Below, one piece after another: positions 11,178-21,761 of a DNA stretch of 64,000 nt; the first letter of the stretch is position 1; each line of letters opens with the position of its first letter. The stretch is from an uncultured Acidobacteriota bacterium (GTDB lineage: Bacteria > Acidobacteriota > Terriglobia > UBA7540), in assembly GCA_963804995.1 (NCBI GenBank), contig CAWDSK010000005.1:672001-736000 (forward strand), written 5' to 3'. The translations under genes and the position numbers were made by a program. Below the pieces are notes generated by a model that saw only the letters and a list, made by a program, of their open reading frames with translations, made no database searches and was not told the DNA's origin.

Positions 11178-12305
11178 ATGGATAAACCCCTCGCGTCAGT
11201 CGTGATGCCTGTTTTCAATGGCGAGCGCTTCCTGCGCGAGGCCGTTGAGAGTGTTCTTGCGCAATCTTTTACGGACTTCGAGTTCATCATCATCGACGAC
11301 GGCTCGACCGACGGCACTGCTGCGATGCTTGATTCGTATGCCAGAAGCGATCCGCGTGTCCGCGTTTACCATCAGGAGAACAAAGGGTTGGTTGAGTCCC
11401 TAAACCGCGGGTGCGGGCTGGCTCAGGGCAAATACCTGGCCATTATGCACGCCGACGACCTCGCCGTCAGGAATCGCTTGCGGTGGCAGATCGAATTCAT
11501 GGAGAGACATGCTGACATAGGTGTTGTTGGCGGCGCGGCCGAGACCATCGATAGCACGGGTAGGGCGTTAACGTGCTTGCACCCCCCACTCGACGACGAG
11601 GACATCAAGAACGCGCTCCTGCACTACAATCCTATGGCGCACCCCACAGTCGTGATGCGGAAAGAAACCTTTGTATCTGTCGGAGGGTACAGAAGGTTTT
11701 TTCCCGCCGAAGACTACGACATGTGGCTCAGGATCGCAGAGCGGTGGCGGCTGGCCAATCTTGAGGCCGTCGTGCTCAGGTACCGGATTCACCCCAATCA
11801 GGCATCCAACCAGAAGCGGACACAGGAAACCCTCTGCACGCTCGCCGCCCGCGCCTTTGCTTTGCTAAGGAGGGAGGGAAAAACCGAACCGGTCATTCCG
11901 GTTGAGAGTATCACGCCAGAAGATCTGGCACGGCTGGGTGTGGACCGCGCCAGCCAGCAGCGGGCTCTGGTAGCGGACTGTTTTGTCTGGATGGGATTGA
12001 TGTCACGAGCCTCTCAGGACGATGCAGCTTTACGGATGATGGACGAATTGATCCATCTATCGAGGTCCGGCCCGGTCGATCGACGTATCTTTTCAAATGC
12101 AATGCTCTTGGCTGCCCGGATTCACCACCGCCAGGGCCGGCGCTTCCAGGCTCTGGCTCTCGTGATGCGGGGGGCGATCATGACTGGCCCCATCGTTCTA
12201 AGAGACATCTTTTGGGAAATCTTTATTAATCGAACCTTTCCTTTGCGGAAACGGCTCGGGTTGAGGCGACGAGCAAGCATCGAGCGTGACGCGCGGCCAG
12301 TTTAA
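11178..12305 (+). CDS. GT2 glycosyltransferase
   Basis: SVVMPVFNGE, IDDGSTD, HADD, AEDYDMW. Confidence 0.9.
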   Translation: MDKPLASVVMPVFNGERFLREAVESVLAQSFTDFEFIIIDDGSTDGTAAMLDSYARSDPRVRVYHQENKGLVESLNRGCGLAQGKYLAIMHADDLAVRNRLRWQIEFMERHADIGVVGGAAETIDSTGRALTCLHPPLDDEDIKNALLHYNPMAHPTVVMRKETFVSVGGYRRFFPAEDYDMWLRIAERWRLANLEAVVLRYRIHPNQASNQKRTQETLCTLAARAFALLRREGKTEPVIPVESITPEDLARLGVDRASQQRALVADCFVWMGLMSRASQDDAALRMMDELIHLSRSGPVDRRIFSNAMLLAARIHHRQGRRFQALALVMRGAIMTGPIVLRDIFWEIFINRTFPLRKRLGLRRRASIERDARPV

Positions 12306-12483
12306 GTACTCCCCCAGCCATGGTGCGCTGGCACCCTGAAATTGGCGTAACCAAACCAGGCGAAACTTTTGCGATCCCGGAAGACCACGTGTGGGGGCCT
12401 GACTCGCCCCATCGTTGCTGGGTGCCCCCTAAGCGCGTTGTGAACTCAGTTCTCCGCAAACCCCCCGGGGAACACAGAACAGT

Positions 12484-13761
12484 ATGAGGATAGTCCACAT
12501 TAGCGTTGGCGATGGCGTAGGCGGCGCAGAGCGCGATGCCTATCGGCTCCATCGCGGGTTGCGCCTACTAAATCAGGATTCCTCCATGCTGGTGGCCTCG
12601 CGCTTCAGTGATGATCCTCACGTGACGGAGATCGTGCGGAGTAGGAATCTGATGGCCCGGCTAAGGCGCCGTGGTTGGCGCCACGTTCTGCGCTGGAGCG
12701 AGGCGCGCTATGCCTCGACGCGCCGCGCGCCTTACTTCTTCGACGACCGGAGTGAGCTGGGAGCCGACCTGGTGCGTCAGTTGCCGCCTTGCGAGGTTTT
12801 CAACCTCCATGTGATCTGCAAATTTGCAGATTTCCGGAGTTTCTTCCGGTCTATTGCACGACGAAGTTCGTTGGTCTGGACACTGCATGACCCGATCCCT
12901 TTTACCGGGGGTTGCCACCACTTCGACTCGTGTCGGCGCTTCAACGATGGCTGCGGCGCCTGCCCTGAACTTGGCTCCAGCGATGAGAGCGACCTATCTC
13001 ATGAAATCTGGCAGCGCAAAAAGGCGGCCTATTCTTACATCCCAGATGGGCGACTCCACCTGGTGGCACCCAGCCGCTGGCTTGCAGGTGAAGCCCGGCA
13101 GAGCAAACTGCTGGGCAGATTCCCGGTCTCGGTCATCCCGTATGGGCTTGACACCGAAGTCTTTAGCCCCAGAAACCGGGCGGCGGCCAGAGACGTCTTG
13201 GGCATACTGCCCGGTACGAGGATGATACTCTTTGCCGCGTCTTCCATCCGGAATCCAAAGAAGGGTTTCACGATGCTGGCGGAAGCGCTCGCCCCCCTTC
13301 CTGCCGATGCGGGAATCCAACTTGTTTCAGTCGGATCGAACGCAGTTTCTCCCAACATTCGCCTACCACACATGACCTTGGGCTATGTCGAAAACGACCG
13401 TATCCTTTCCTTGATTTACAGCGCAGCAGACCTCTACGTTACTCCAACGTTGGTTGAGGCCATGGGAAACACGGTGATGGAATCGATGTCCTGCGGCACG
13501 CCGGTCGTGGGTTTTGACACGGGAGGCGTCCCGGACATGGTGCGCAATGGCGTCTCTGGATTTGTGGTGCCGAAGGGAGATACCGCTGCGTTACGCCATG
13601 CGATCCTGCGAGTACTAGACAATCCCGCACTTAGGGCCGAGTTGGCCGCCAATTGCCGCCGAATCGCTGTGGCGGAGTACGACCTCTTGATCCAAGCTCG
13701 ACGCTATCTGGAACTTTACACGTCATTAACCAATGGATGCAAACGAGGGGCGCAGGCATGA
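12484..13761 (+). CDS. GT4 glycosyltransferase (WcaC-like)
   Basis: GGAE, WTLHD..FTGGCH, CGACP, KKGF, EAMGNTVMESMSCGTPVV. Confidence 0.9.
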   Translation: MRIVHISVGDGVGGAERDAYRLHRGLRLLNQDSSMLVASRFSDDPHVTEIVRSRNLMARLRRRGWRHVLRWSEARYASTRRAPYFFDDRSELGADLVRQLPPCEVFNLHVICKFADFRSFFRSIARRSSLVWTLHDPIPFTGGCHHFDSCRRFNDGCGACPELGSSDESDLSHEIWQRKKAAYSYIPDGRLHLVAPSRWLAGEARQSKLLGRFPVSVIPYGLDTEVFSPRNRAAARDVLGILPGTRMILFAASSIRNPKKGFTMLAEALAPLPADAGIQLVSVGSNAVSPNIRLPHMTLGYVENDRILSLIYSAADLYVTPTLVEAMGNTVMESMSCGTPVVGFDTGGVPDMVRNGVSGFVVPKGDTAALRHAILRVLDNPALRAELAANCRRIAVAEYDLLIQARRYLELYTSLTNGCKRGAQA

Positions 13762-14639
13762 CGAAGGCAGCGCGCCCGATCGTTTTATTGCTGACTGCCA
13801 CCGTAGATCCCGGGCTCATGACCCATGTTAAACGTAGGGATCCGCGCAGGCGGTTCAAAGACTACGAACAGGCGTTAAAGAAGTGGTGCCGCGTCCCCGG
13901 CTTTCAATCGATCATCTTTTGTGAGAACTCCGCGTTCGATATATCTCCCCTTCACAAGTGGACGGCGAGTGCACCTGAGGCACGCACCCGTGTACGCTTT
14001 ATCTCTTTCCAGGGCAACGACTACCCACCCCACCTTGGCAAGGGATACGGCGAAATGCGCATCCTCAAGCATGCCTTATCTTTGGCCAGTCTGGAGCCCG
14101 ACACTCTCATCATGAAGGTCACTGGTCGTTACTTCGTGCGGAATGTCGATGCTCTGCTTGGTCAAACCCGGACGCAGAGGGAATTTGACGTGTTTTGTAA
14201 TGTCGCGCCCGATGGATGCTGGGCGCACTCGGTGGTGTTCGCTAGTACATTGTCGTTTTTTGAAACTCACCTTTTCCCATTTCATGAGCGTCTTGATGAT
14301 TCTGCCGGAATATACTTCGAACACGTGTTGGCTGACGCAATACGGGCGGGCATGGCTGCCGGGCTCAGATGGACGGGGTGGTGCTATCCGCTTCGGTTGT
14401 CTGGAGTGTCAGGCACTCTGGACAGACGCTTCATAGCCGTAAGGTCCGGTTTGGAGCGAGTCAAGCAGTGGATTATAGAGAAGACATACAGGCTTCGCCA
14501 TGCACTGGGGCTTTATCGGAGACATGGAACGTCCGCTGGGCCAAGGGCTGGAAGGGATTCCGCTATGCAGCCACGGGAAACAGATATAGGGATCGCGGCC
14601 GCTGTCGATAGCGAACAAAAGGCCTCGACGGTGGACTAA
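13758..14639 (+). CDS. Hypothetical protein of polysaccharide loci (possible GT-A-like)
   Basis: ATGA overlap with the upstream gene; motifs LLTATVDP, FCENS, GKGYGE, MKVTGRY, FEHVL. Confidence 0.6.
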   Translation: MTKAARPIVLLLTATVDPGLMTHVKRRDPRRRFKDYEQALKKWCRVPGFQSIIFCENSAFDISPLHKWTASAPEARTRVRFISFQGNDYPPHLGKGYGEMRILKHALSLASLEPDTLIMKVTGRYFVRNVDALLGQTRTQREFDVFCNVAPDGCWAHSVVFASTLSFFETHLFPFHERLDDSAGIYFEHVLADAIRAGMAAGLRWTGWCYPLRLSGVSGTLDRRFIAVRSGLERVKQWIIEKTYRLRHALGLYRRHGTSAGPRAGRDSAMQPRETDIGIAAAVDSEQKASTVD

Positions 14640-14841
14640 GGTAGGTGAATAAGAACTGCTTCAAGAAACAGCAAGCTCCGGCATATGAAGTCTGTGATCG
14701 AGCGCGCTTCAGGCAAGCCTTGGTATGAGGCGCAAGGACGTTCCATATGCCCACGTTTAGCTTTGTGGCGCATACCCGGACCCCGGGCTTCTCGATCCTG
14801 CGGTTAGGGAAAGCCAGCGACGAGCCAAAGGGAGGACTCCC

Positions 14842-15744
14842 CTGGGTCGACTGAGTCAAATCCGAAATTCGCTTAGGCCAGGTCGCATCCTGGACCGCGC
14901 CGTAAACCCGCTCCTTCGAATTCTTGGCGGGCGCCTTGCGGCACAGGTGTTCTGGGAGTCTCTGCTTCGATCCTCCCTGGCGGGCATGAATATCGGATTG
15001 GGCGGAAATTTTGCAGTTAGCGGCGAACTATTCGCTATAAACTACGCCAGGCGGGCACTGAGAAGCGACGAACCACTCACAGTTTTTGACGTGGGCGCCA
15101 ATCTTGGCGGCTATGCCAGTGCCGTCATCCGGGAGCTGAACGACCAGTTGAATTTGTACTGCTTCGAGCCTTCCAAGGATACTTTTCAGAAACTGTCTGA
15201 AGCGGTGCCAGGTTCTCAGAACGTGCACTTGTTTAATATTGGTCTGTCCGACGTAAATGCCTCCCTCGTGCTGTACACCGACGCGCCGTGTTCTGGGTTG
15301 GCATCTTTCCATCACCGGCGGCTGGATCACTTTGGGAAGCAAATGCCATACTCGGAAGAGGCGACCATTCGCACGTTGGATAGCTTTTGTAGCGAGCGCG
15401 ACATCAACCATATCAATTTCCTGAAGCTGGATGTAGAAGGGCACGAGCTCAAGGCATTAGAGGGGGCCAGGGAACTCATTGCCAATGGCTGCATCGATTT
15501 CATCCAGTTTGAATTCGGGGGATGCAATATTGATTCCAGGACGTTCTTTCAGGATTTCTACTATCTCTTGAACCCGAAGTTCAGAATTTACAGGATTCTC
15601 AGGAACGGCCTGGCCAGCATTGACTATTACCGTGAAACACTGGAGCAATTCGTGACCACCAACTTCTTGGCGGTAGGCAGACGGGTAGTTCCTTGCAGTA
15701 AGGCTGAAAGTGCGCGGGCATCAACCCCGGGCAATATAGATTAG
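14842..15744 (+). CDS. FkbM family methyltransferase; probable CTG start at 14842, alternative GTG at 14947
   Basis: VFDVGANLG, FEP, TLDSF, LKLDVEGHE, IQFEFG; SD AAGGGAGGA before the in-frame CTG. Confidence 0.88.
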   Translation: MGRLSQIRNSLRPGRILDRAVNPLLRILGGRLAAQVFWESLLRSSLAGMNIGLGGNFAVSGELFAINYARRALRSDEPLTVFDVGANLGGYASAVIRELNDQLNLYCFEPSKDTFQKLSEAVPGSQNVHLFNIGLSDVNASLVLYTDAPCSGLASFHHRRLDHFGKQMPYSEEATIRTLDSFCSERDINHINFLKLDVEGHELKALEGARELIANGCIDFIQFEFGGCNIDSRTFFQDFYYLLNPKFRIYRILRNGLASIDYYRETLEQFVTTNFLAVGRRVVPCSKAESARASTPGNID

Positions 15745-15767
15745 CTTATTGCGAGGTACAAATTCTA

Positions 15768-16478
15768 ATGTTCGCTTTACTCCGCAAGATGCTGCGAGTG
15801 TTTTTGGTCCGAATCGGTAATTTCAACTTCGAGTATTTACTGAGACGGCGCCGAGAGCAATTTTCACGCCCACTATTGTTCGACATCGTAATGGGCTTCG
15901 TGGACGATTGCCGCGTTGAGGGCTGCTATCTGGAATTTGGGGGCTTTGCCGGCGGATCTCTCATCGACGCTTTTCATGCGACGCGAGACTATGGGAGTCT
16001 GAACTCCATGCGGTTTTTCGTGTTTGATTCTTTCGAGGGATTGCCCCAACCCGTTGGCCTCGATGCGGGCGAGTTCCTGAGGTACAAGCAGGGACAGTAT
16101 GCCTGTAATCTTGACCTATACAAACAGAATATCCGCAAACAGGGAGTAGATCTGGACAGGGTTACCTGCATTCCTGGTTGGTACCATGAGACTCTGAATG
16201 AAGAACTGAAACGGCAACTTCCCATAATGAAAGCTGCGGTCGTGTTGATTGATTGCGACCTGTACGAGTCGACGGTTCCGGCGCTTGATTTCATCACCGA
16301 TTACATCCAAGACGGGACGGTAATAATCTTCGATGACTGGTTCTCTTACAAGGGTCGGTTGGATCGCGGGGAGGCAAGAGCTTTCAATGAGTGGTTGGCG
16401 AAGAACCCTTCGATCCGGGCCCAGGAATATCATAAAGTTGGTCGAACCATGATCTCGTTCATAATGCAGGTTGATTGA
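15768..16478 (+). CDS. TylF/MycF/NovP family sugar O-methyltransferase
   Basis: GCYLEFGG..GGS, FDSFEGLP, GWYHETL, IDCDLYEST, IFDDW, GEARAF. Confidence 0.9.
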   Translation: MFALLRKMLRVFLVRIGNFNFEYLLRRRREQFSRPLLFDIVMGFVDDCRVEGCYLEFGGFAGGSLIDAFHATRDYGSLNSMRFFVFDSFEGLPQPVGLDAGEFLRYKQGQYACNLDLYKQNIRKQGVDLDRVTCIPGWYHETLNEELKRQLPIMKAAVVLIDCDLYESTVPALDFITDYIQDGTVIIFDDWFSYKGRLDRGEARAFNEWLAKNPSIRAQEYHKVGRTMISFIMQVD

Positions 16479-17400
16479 CCCGCTGATCATGGCGGTACGT
16501 ATAGGCGCAAGAGAGGATGTGCACACGGTTACCGTAATCTTGCAGGCCGGACTTGGCAACCAGATGTTTCAATACGCGTTGGGCAGAACGCTCGCCCAAC
16601 GGCGCGGAACCTCCTTAGCAATGGATTTGAGTTGGTACAAGTATGACAAGCTTCGGAAATACTCGCTGGGAATTTTTAACATCACTGAAAAGTTCGCGAC
16701 CCATCCCCGCCGCGGGCTGGTCCGGGCGGTTGGCCAAAGACTCCGCCTTCCGGGATTTTCAAGGAACCTCGGGTGCCTTCGGATTCCAGGATTTGACTAT
16801 GTGCTGAGCGAAAAGGCGTTTCCATTTGATCCAACTGTTCTCGACGCGCCCCAGGACGTGTACCTGGAGGGGTGGTGGCAGAGTGAGAAGTACTTTAAAG
16901 AAATCGAAAGCGTTATTCGGAGTGAGTTTTGCTTCAAACATGAGGCTGATGCCCGCAACAGGGAACTCGGGGACAGGGTCAAGAGTCTGAACTCAGTCTG
17001 CGTACACGTCCGGCGTACCGACTACATAACAACCCCCCGGGCCGCCCAAGTGTTTGGGACATGCCCGGTGGAATACTATCGAGTGGCTGGACAGTGGATC
17101 ACCTCCCAAGTCGTGAACCCACATTTTTTTGTCTTCTCCGATGAACCGGATTGGGCGAAAGCCAACCTGGAATTCAAAGGGCCCACAACATTCGTAACTC
17201 AGAACAGCATAGGAAACGATTTCGAGGACCTACGACTGATGACCTTCTGTCGGCACCATATCATCGCCAACAGCTCTTTCAGTTGGTGGGGGGCATGGCT
17301 CAGCAACTCGCAAGGGATTGTGATAGCACCTCAAAGATGGTTCAGGTCGAAGGACTTGGACACGCGCGACTTGATTCCGGATAGATGGATTCGCCTGTGA
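16471..17400 (+). CDS. GT11 alpha-1,2-fucosyltransferase; start may be GTG 16519
   Basis: GLGNQMFQYA, GWWQSEKYF, HVRRTDY, FSDEPDW, ANSSFSWWGAWL. Confidence 0.93.
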   Translation: MIDPLIMAVRIGAREDVHTVTVILQAGLGNQMFQYALGRTLAQRRGTSLAMDLSWYKYDKLRKYSLGIFNITEKFATHPRRGLVRAVGQRLRLPGFSRNLGCLRIPGFDYVLSEKAFPFDPTVLDAPQDVYLEGWWQSEKYFKEIESVIRSEFCFKHEADARNRELGDRVKSLNSVCVHVRRTDYITTPRAAQVFGTCPVEYYRVAGQWITSQVVNPHFFVFSDEPDWAKANLEFKGPTTFVTQNSIGNDFEDLRLMTFCRHHIIANSSFSWWGAWLSNSQGIVIAPQRWFRSKDLDTRDLIPDRWIRL

Positions 17401-17676
17401 ACGTGCTGCTCAGGGCGCGGACCCTCGCGACTCACCCCATCATTATGTAGCGTCCCCTGAAGCGTGCCGTGAGCCCCCTATTTCGCACATCTCAGAGGAG
17501 AAATGCCCAGTTCTCGCTCCAGCCCCAGGGTGGTGTCAGGGGGCAGCCCACAGTGTATGCCGTCTGGGAGGAGCCGCCACGCGTTCGCCCATCTCCGGAA
17601 AAGTGGCTAGTGAGCTTATCTGTATCAATCTCTGATTATCGGCGGCTTGATTAGATTTTTTCGTGGCCTGTAAGTC

Positions 17677-18594
17677 TTGGCAATCGGCCCAGCGAGGCTT
17701 CCAATCGAAAATCCAAAATACAAAATCGAAAATCAAAGGGTTTCGCTCTACATTCCCTGCTACAACGCGGAGCGCTACATTGGTCAGACGATTGAGGGAG
17801 CGCTGCGCCAGACCTACTCTCTGGAGGAGATCATCGTCGTTGATGACGGCTCGACCGATCAGACGCGGGAGATCGCAGCGCGCTACCCCGTCCGGGTCGT
17901 GGCGCATGACCGGAATAGAGGGGTCACGGCAGCCCGGAATACAGGCTTCCGCTGCGCGCGCAATGAACTGGTGGCATCCTTGGACGCCGATTGCGTGCCG
18001 GAGCCGGATTGGCTGGAACAACTTATCCCGCTTCTGGATGATTTGAAGGTTGGCGCGGCCGGCGGGCGCCTCGAAGAGACCCACTTGACGTCGATCGCCG
18101 ACCGCTGGCGCCAAGCGCACCTGCCCGAGGATTGGGGAAACGCCCTGGTGGTGAATCCGCCGTTCCTCTTCGGCGCCAACGGACTGTATCGCAAGTCCGC
18201 GTGGGAGCGGGTGGGTGGCTACGACGAGGGTACATTTCGAGCCTACGGCGAGGATATTTACCTGTGTCGCCGGCTTCGAGACCTTGGTTACGAGCTTATC
18301 TATAGCCCCTTGGCTTTGGTAAAACACATCAAGCAGGATACGGTGCGCTCCGTGCTGAACACTCGGTGGAACTGGTGGCGGTACGGGGTCCAGGCTTACT
18401 TCCAGCGCATCCGCTTGCGTTCCATTGCGGGCACGTTTTATCGCGCCCATTTCCGAACCATGTTTTTTGAGCTCGTGGCACAAGACTTGAACTCCCGCAG
18501 GTACGAACTTCTTTGGCTCGATACCCTGTGCCTGTTCTACATGCCTTATCGCGACCTGACGCTCTACTGCGAGAGATCTAGGTGGCTCCAATGA
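17677..18594 (+). CDS. GT2 glycosyltransferase
   Basis: IPCYNAE, VDDGSTD, ARNTG, LDADC, GGYDE, GED. Confidence 0.9.
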   Translation: MAIGPARLPIENPKYKIENQRVSLYIPCYNAERYIGQTIEGALRQTYSLEEIIVVDDGSTDQTREIAARYPVRVVAHDRNRGVTAARNTGFRCARNELVASLDADCVPEPDWLEQLIPLLDDLKVGAAGGRLEETHLTSIADRWRQAHLPEDWGNALVVNPPFLFGANGLYRKSAWERVGGYDEGTFRAYGEDIYLCRRLRDLGYELIYSPLALVKHIKQDTVRSVLNTRWNWWRYGVQAYFQRIRLRSIAGTFYRAHFRTMFFELVAQDLNSRRYELLWLDTLCLFYMPYRDLTLYCERSRWLQ

Positions 18595-19349
18595 ACACGG
18601 TTCTTGAGGAGATTCTCCGGTCAGGCATTACGGTGACGGAATCGGGGGAAAAGGTTCCGATAAATTCGGCTGTTACCGAAGGCGAGGGTTCATTTCTCGA
18701 AGGGCTCGTTTCTGACATAAAGCCCCGCATAACCCTGGAGGTTGGGCTTGCCTTCGGTGTTTCTGCCCTATTCATTTGCCAGGCTCTCCCCTCAGGAGCC
18801 AAACACATCGTGATCGACCCGCACCAGTTCTCTGGCCCTTGGGGCGCTGGATGGCACGGTGCTGGTCTGGCCGCCCTTAAACGAGCTGGGTACGGAGACC
18901 GGGTTGAGTTCCATCCTGAACCGTCTTACGCCGTCCTTCCGCAACTCGAATCGAGTGGAGTCAAATTAGACTTCGCCTACATTGACGGCTGGCACACGTT
19001 CGCCTTCGCGTTGGTCGATTTCTTCTACATCGACAGGATGCTGGAGGTCGGTGGAATTGTGGCGCTTGATGACGTGCACATGCCGAGTATTAGAAAACTC
19101 TGCAGATTTGCTCTCATCAATCTCAACTATGATGTCTGCGGCCACTACCCCGAGACAAGGTCCAAGCCGACCTGGAAGCAGCGCGCTGTGACGGCATTGG
19201 CGAAGAAATCGAAGATCATGGGGCGGTTCGTCAAACCAGAGTTCACTGTGCCCGACACTGATCTCGGCATGCCCCTGGACTGTCGATGTCTGGCCCTGCG
19301 AAAGCGATCGCACGACACTCGCGACTGGGACTTTCACCGGGAGTTCTAG
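18582..19349 (+). CDS. Class I SAM-dependent methyltransferase (Methyltransf_24-like)
   Basis: LEVGLAFGVS, IDP, DFAYIDGWH, GGIVALDD. Confidence 0.85.
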   Translation: MAPMNTVLEEILRSGITVTESGEKVPINSAVTEGEGSFLEGLVSDIKPRITLEVGLAFGVSALFICQALPSGAKHIVIDPHQFSGPWGAGWHGAGLAALKRAGYGDRVEFHPEPSYAVLPQLESSGVKLDFAYIDGWHTFAFALVDFFYIDRMLEVGGIVALDDVHMPSIRKLCRFALINLNYDVCGHYPETRSKPTWKQRAVTALAKKSKIMGRFVKPEFTVPDTDLGMPLDCRCLALRKRSHDTRDWDFHREF

Positions 19350-19408
19350 CCCCGCCGTTACTCTTTCGATCAGCTTAGCTTCCGGCCATTGAGGCGGCCA
19401 ACGGAACA

Positions 19409-20467
19409 ATGTCAACACCACGCGTCAGTGTTTTGGTCGACACCTACAACCACGAGCGCTTCATTGAGCAAGCAATCGTCAGTGTGCTGGAGCAGGACGT
19501 GTCGGAAATGGAAGTGATCGTCGTGGACGACGGGTCTACAGACAACACTCCCAGCATCGTTCGCAAATTCATTCCCCGGGTCCGGTACCTGCGCAAGGCC
19601 AACGGCGGGCAGGCGTCAGCGTTCAACGCCGGGATTCCGGAAACGCAGGGCGAGGTCGTGGCTTTTTTGGACGGCGACGATTGGTGGGCAAAAGACAAAC
19701 TGCGCATTGTGCTAGATAAGTTGGCGAGCAACCCAGAGATCGGGACCGTCGGACATAGCATCTTCGAGGCGGATGCGGAGACCGGTCGCGCACTGCCGAT
19801 CCGTCCCCTTGGGGAATGCTGCCTGCGCCTAACAAGTCCTGAGGAAGCCTTGTTGTTCACCCAAATGAAATGCTTCATGGGAACGAGCCGGGTGGCGATT
19901 CGCCAGACGGTATTGAAGCAAGTGCTGCCCATCCCGGAAGAGTTGGTGGTCGAAGCGGATGAGTTCATGTTCACCCTGGCGGTGGCGTTTGGCGGGGCGG
20001 TGGTGCTTGAGCGCCCACTCACTTATTACCGGCTCCACGCCAACAACCTCTTCCAGTTTCGGGCCGGAGATGACACTAAGGTTCGGCGGAAGAGAGATGT
20101 GATGAGCTGTCTTGTGAGGGAATTACCTCCACATCTTGCACTGATGGGTGTGCCGCCGAACGTCATCGACACGATCATCAAACCAGTTTGGGTAGATGCT
20201 GAGCGCCTGCGCCTCACGCTTGGGGGCGGAAAACCGTGGGACACTTTCAGAGTGGAGCGTGTGGCATACAGCACGGCGTATAGAAAAACTTCGCTCGCCT
20301 ATCGCGGCTTCAAGTCTCTAGTGCTTTTCAGCGCCCTGCTGATGCCGCCGCGGCAATTCTACCGTATGAAAAACTGGTATGCGGCCAGGGGCTTGCGCAA
20401 ACTGCGGAGCATCCTGGGCGAGCCCACTCCAGCGGCGCCGATACTGGAAGGTGAGCAGGGAACCTGA
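19409..20467 (+). CDS. GT2 glycosyltransferase
   Basis: SVLVDTYN, VDDGSTD, NGGQASAFNAG, LDGDD, YRLH. Confidence 0.9.
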   Translation: MSTPRVSVLVDTYNHERFIEQAIVSVLEQDVSEMEVIVVDDGSTDNTPSIVRKFIPRVRYLRKANGGQASAFNAGIPETQGEVVAFLDGDDWWAKDKLRIVLDKLASNPEIGTVGHSIFEADAETGRALPIRPLGECCLRLTSPEEALLFTQMKCFMGTSRVAIRQTVLKQVLPIPEELVVEADEFMFTLAVAFGGAVVLERPLTYYRLHANNLFQFRAGDDTKVRRKRDVMSCLVRELPPHLALMGVPPNVIDTIIKPVWVDAERLRLTLGGGKPWDTFRVERVAYSTAYRKTSLAYRGFKSLVLFSALLMPPRQFYRMKNWYAARGLRKLRSILGEPTPAAPILEGEQGT

Positions 20468-20487
20468 CCCTACTGTTTGGCTGACGA

Positions 20488-21376
20488 ATGCAAAGTGTGC
20501 ACAGTCTACTTTCTGCCCTGCCTCCTTTTCCCGGAAAGCTCCGCTTGGCGGACATTCTGGGAGGAATGAGGAGCACGCTGGGTGGCGCACGTGGTTCGGT
20601 GCGCTTGTCACCAGGAGTACAGTTTGAAGTCGACTTGCACGATCGTGTGCAGAGACAAATGTGGGCAGGGTGTTACGAGCCGCACGTCCGCAAATGCCTT
20701 GAGAGTCTCCTGGCGGAAGGCGACATCTTTGTCGATGTTGGAGCGCACATCGGTTATGTCACGATGATTGCTGCGCAGCGGGTGGGTTCGCAAGGAAGGG
20801 TGTTTTCCTTTGAACCTGATCCATTCTTGCATAAGAGGTTAGCCCGGAATGTCGCGCACCAGCCGTGGGTTCAAACCTTTTGCTGCGCTGTCTGGAAACA
20901 AAGCTGTGCACTTACCTTTGAACGGTCATCATCAGAGGGTGAATCGGGCTGGGGTACATTGACTTCGGTTCGTGACCTGAAGAAGGGTGAGCACATTGAC
21001 GTCCATGCAATTTCGCTCGACGATTGGGCTGTTCGCTCCGCGGTGGATAGAATCCAAGCCATAAAAATCGACGCCGAAGGGTCGGAGGTAAGCATTCTGG
21101 AGGGCGCAAGCGAGAACGATTTCCCGAATTCGTCCGATCATCATCATGGAGCGGAATGACACCATTCTTAGGCAGGCTGGCGCTTCCACCTCGATGCTGG
21201 TGAATCACCCGGTCCTCACGAATTACAAGATCTATGGGCTTACTTGGATGCAGTTGGCGCCTCTCGATGCGCGAGAGGCTGCGAACGAACTTCCTTCCGA
21301 AGTCCTCTGCGTACCCAATAGCCAAACTGAAACCACGTTGGGCATGCTCCAAAAGGCGGGATTCAAGCTGTGCTAA
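20488..21376 (+). CDS. FkbM family methyltransferase; frameshift near 21110-21140
   Basis: YEP, FVDVGAHIG, FEP, KIDAEGSE; the C-terminus continues in ORF 21146..21376 (IIMERN). Confidence 0.88.
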
Positions 21377-21490
21377 CCCTGGGCGTTAATTACTCTCATA
21401 AGAACGACTCGTCGGCGTGCAATGCATGGAATGGTGAGCCTTTATTTGTTGCGGTGGAGGAGGTGCTGAACCGTGTCGAGCACGATGCCT
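21370..21490 (+). pseudogene. Decayed duplicate of the carbamoyltransferase 5' end
   Basis: MLTLGVNYSHKNDSSACNAWNGEPLFVAVEEVLNRVEHD versus MLTLGINYSQMHDSSACIARDGELLFAVAEERLSRVKHD at 24217. Confidence 0.9.
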
Positions 21491-21761
21491 GCCTCCGGAG
21501 GCCCATTTTAACGACCTGGCAGACATTTTCCGGGACTGGCGCCCAGTCAACTATATAAATAGGACCTGAGATCTGAGGGCCGGTCTACCCATCAAAATGA
21601 AGCCCGCAAAAACTCATCCTTCCAATTCCTTTCCAATCTGGTTATGGCCCTTGATGATTGATCTTTGGGTCGGGGCGGTGCTCGGCCTGTTCCTGGTTAT
21701 CCGCGTTTTGGGGTCAAATATGGCGAAACACGCACTTCGCGTGTGGTGGTCGTACTAAGCG

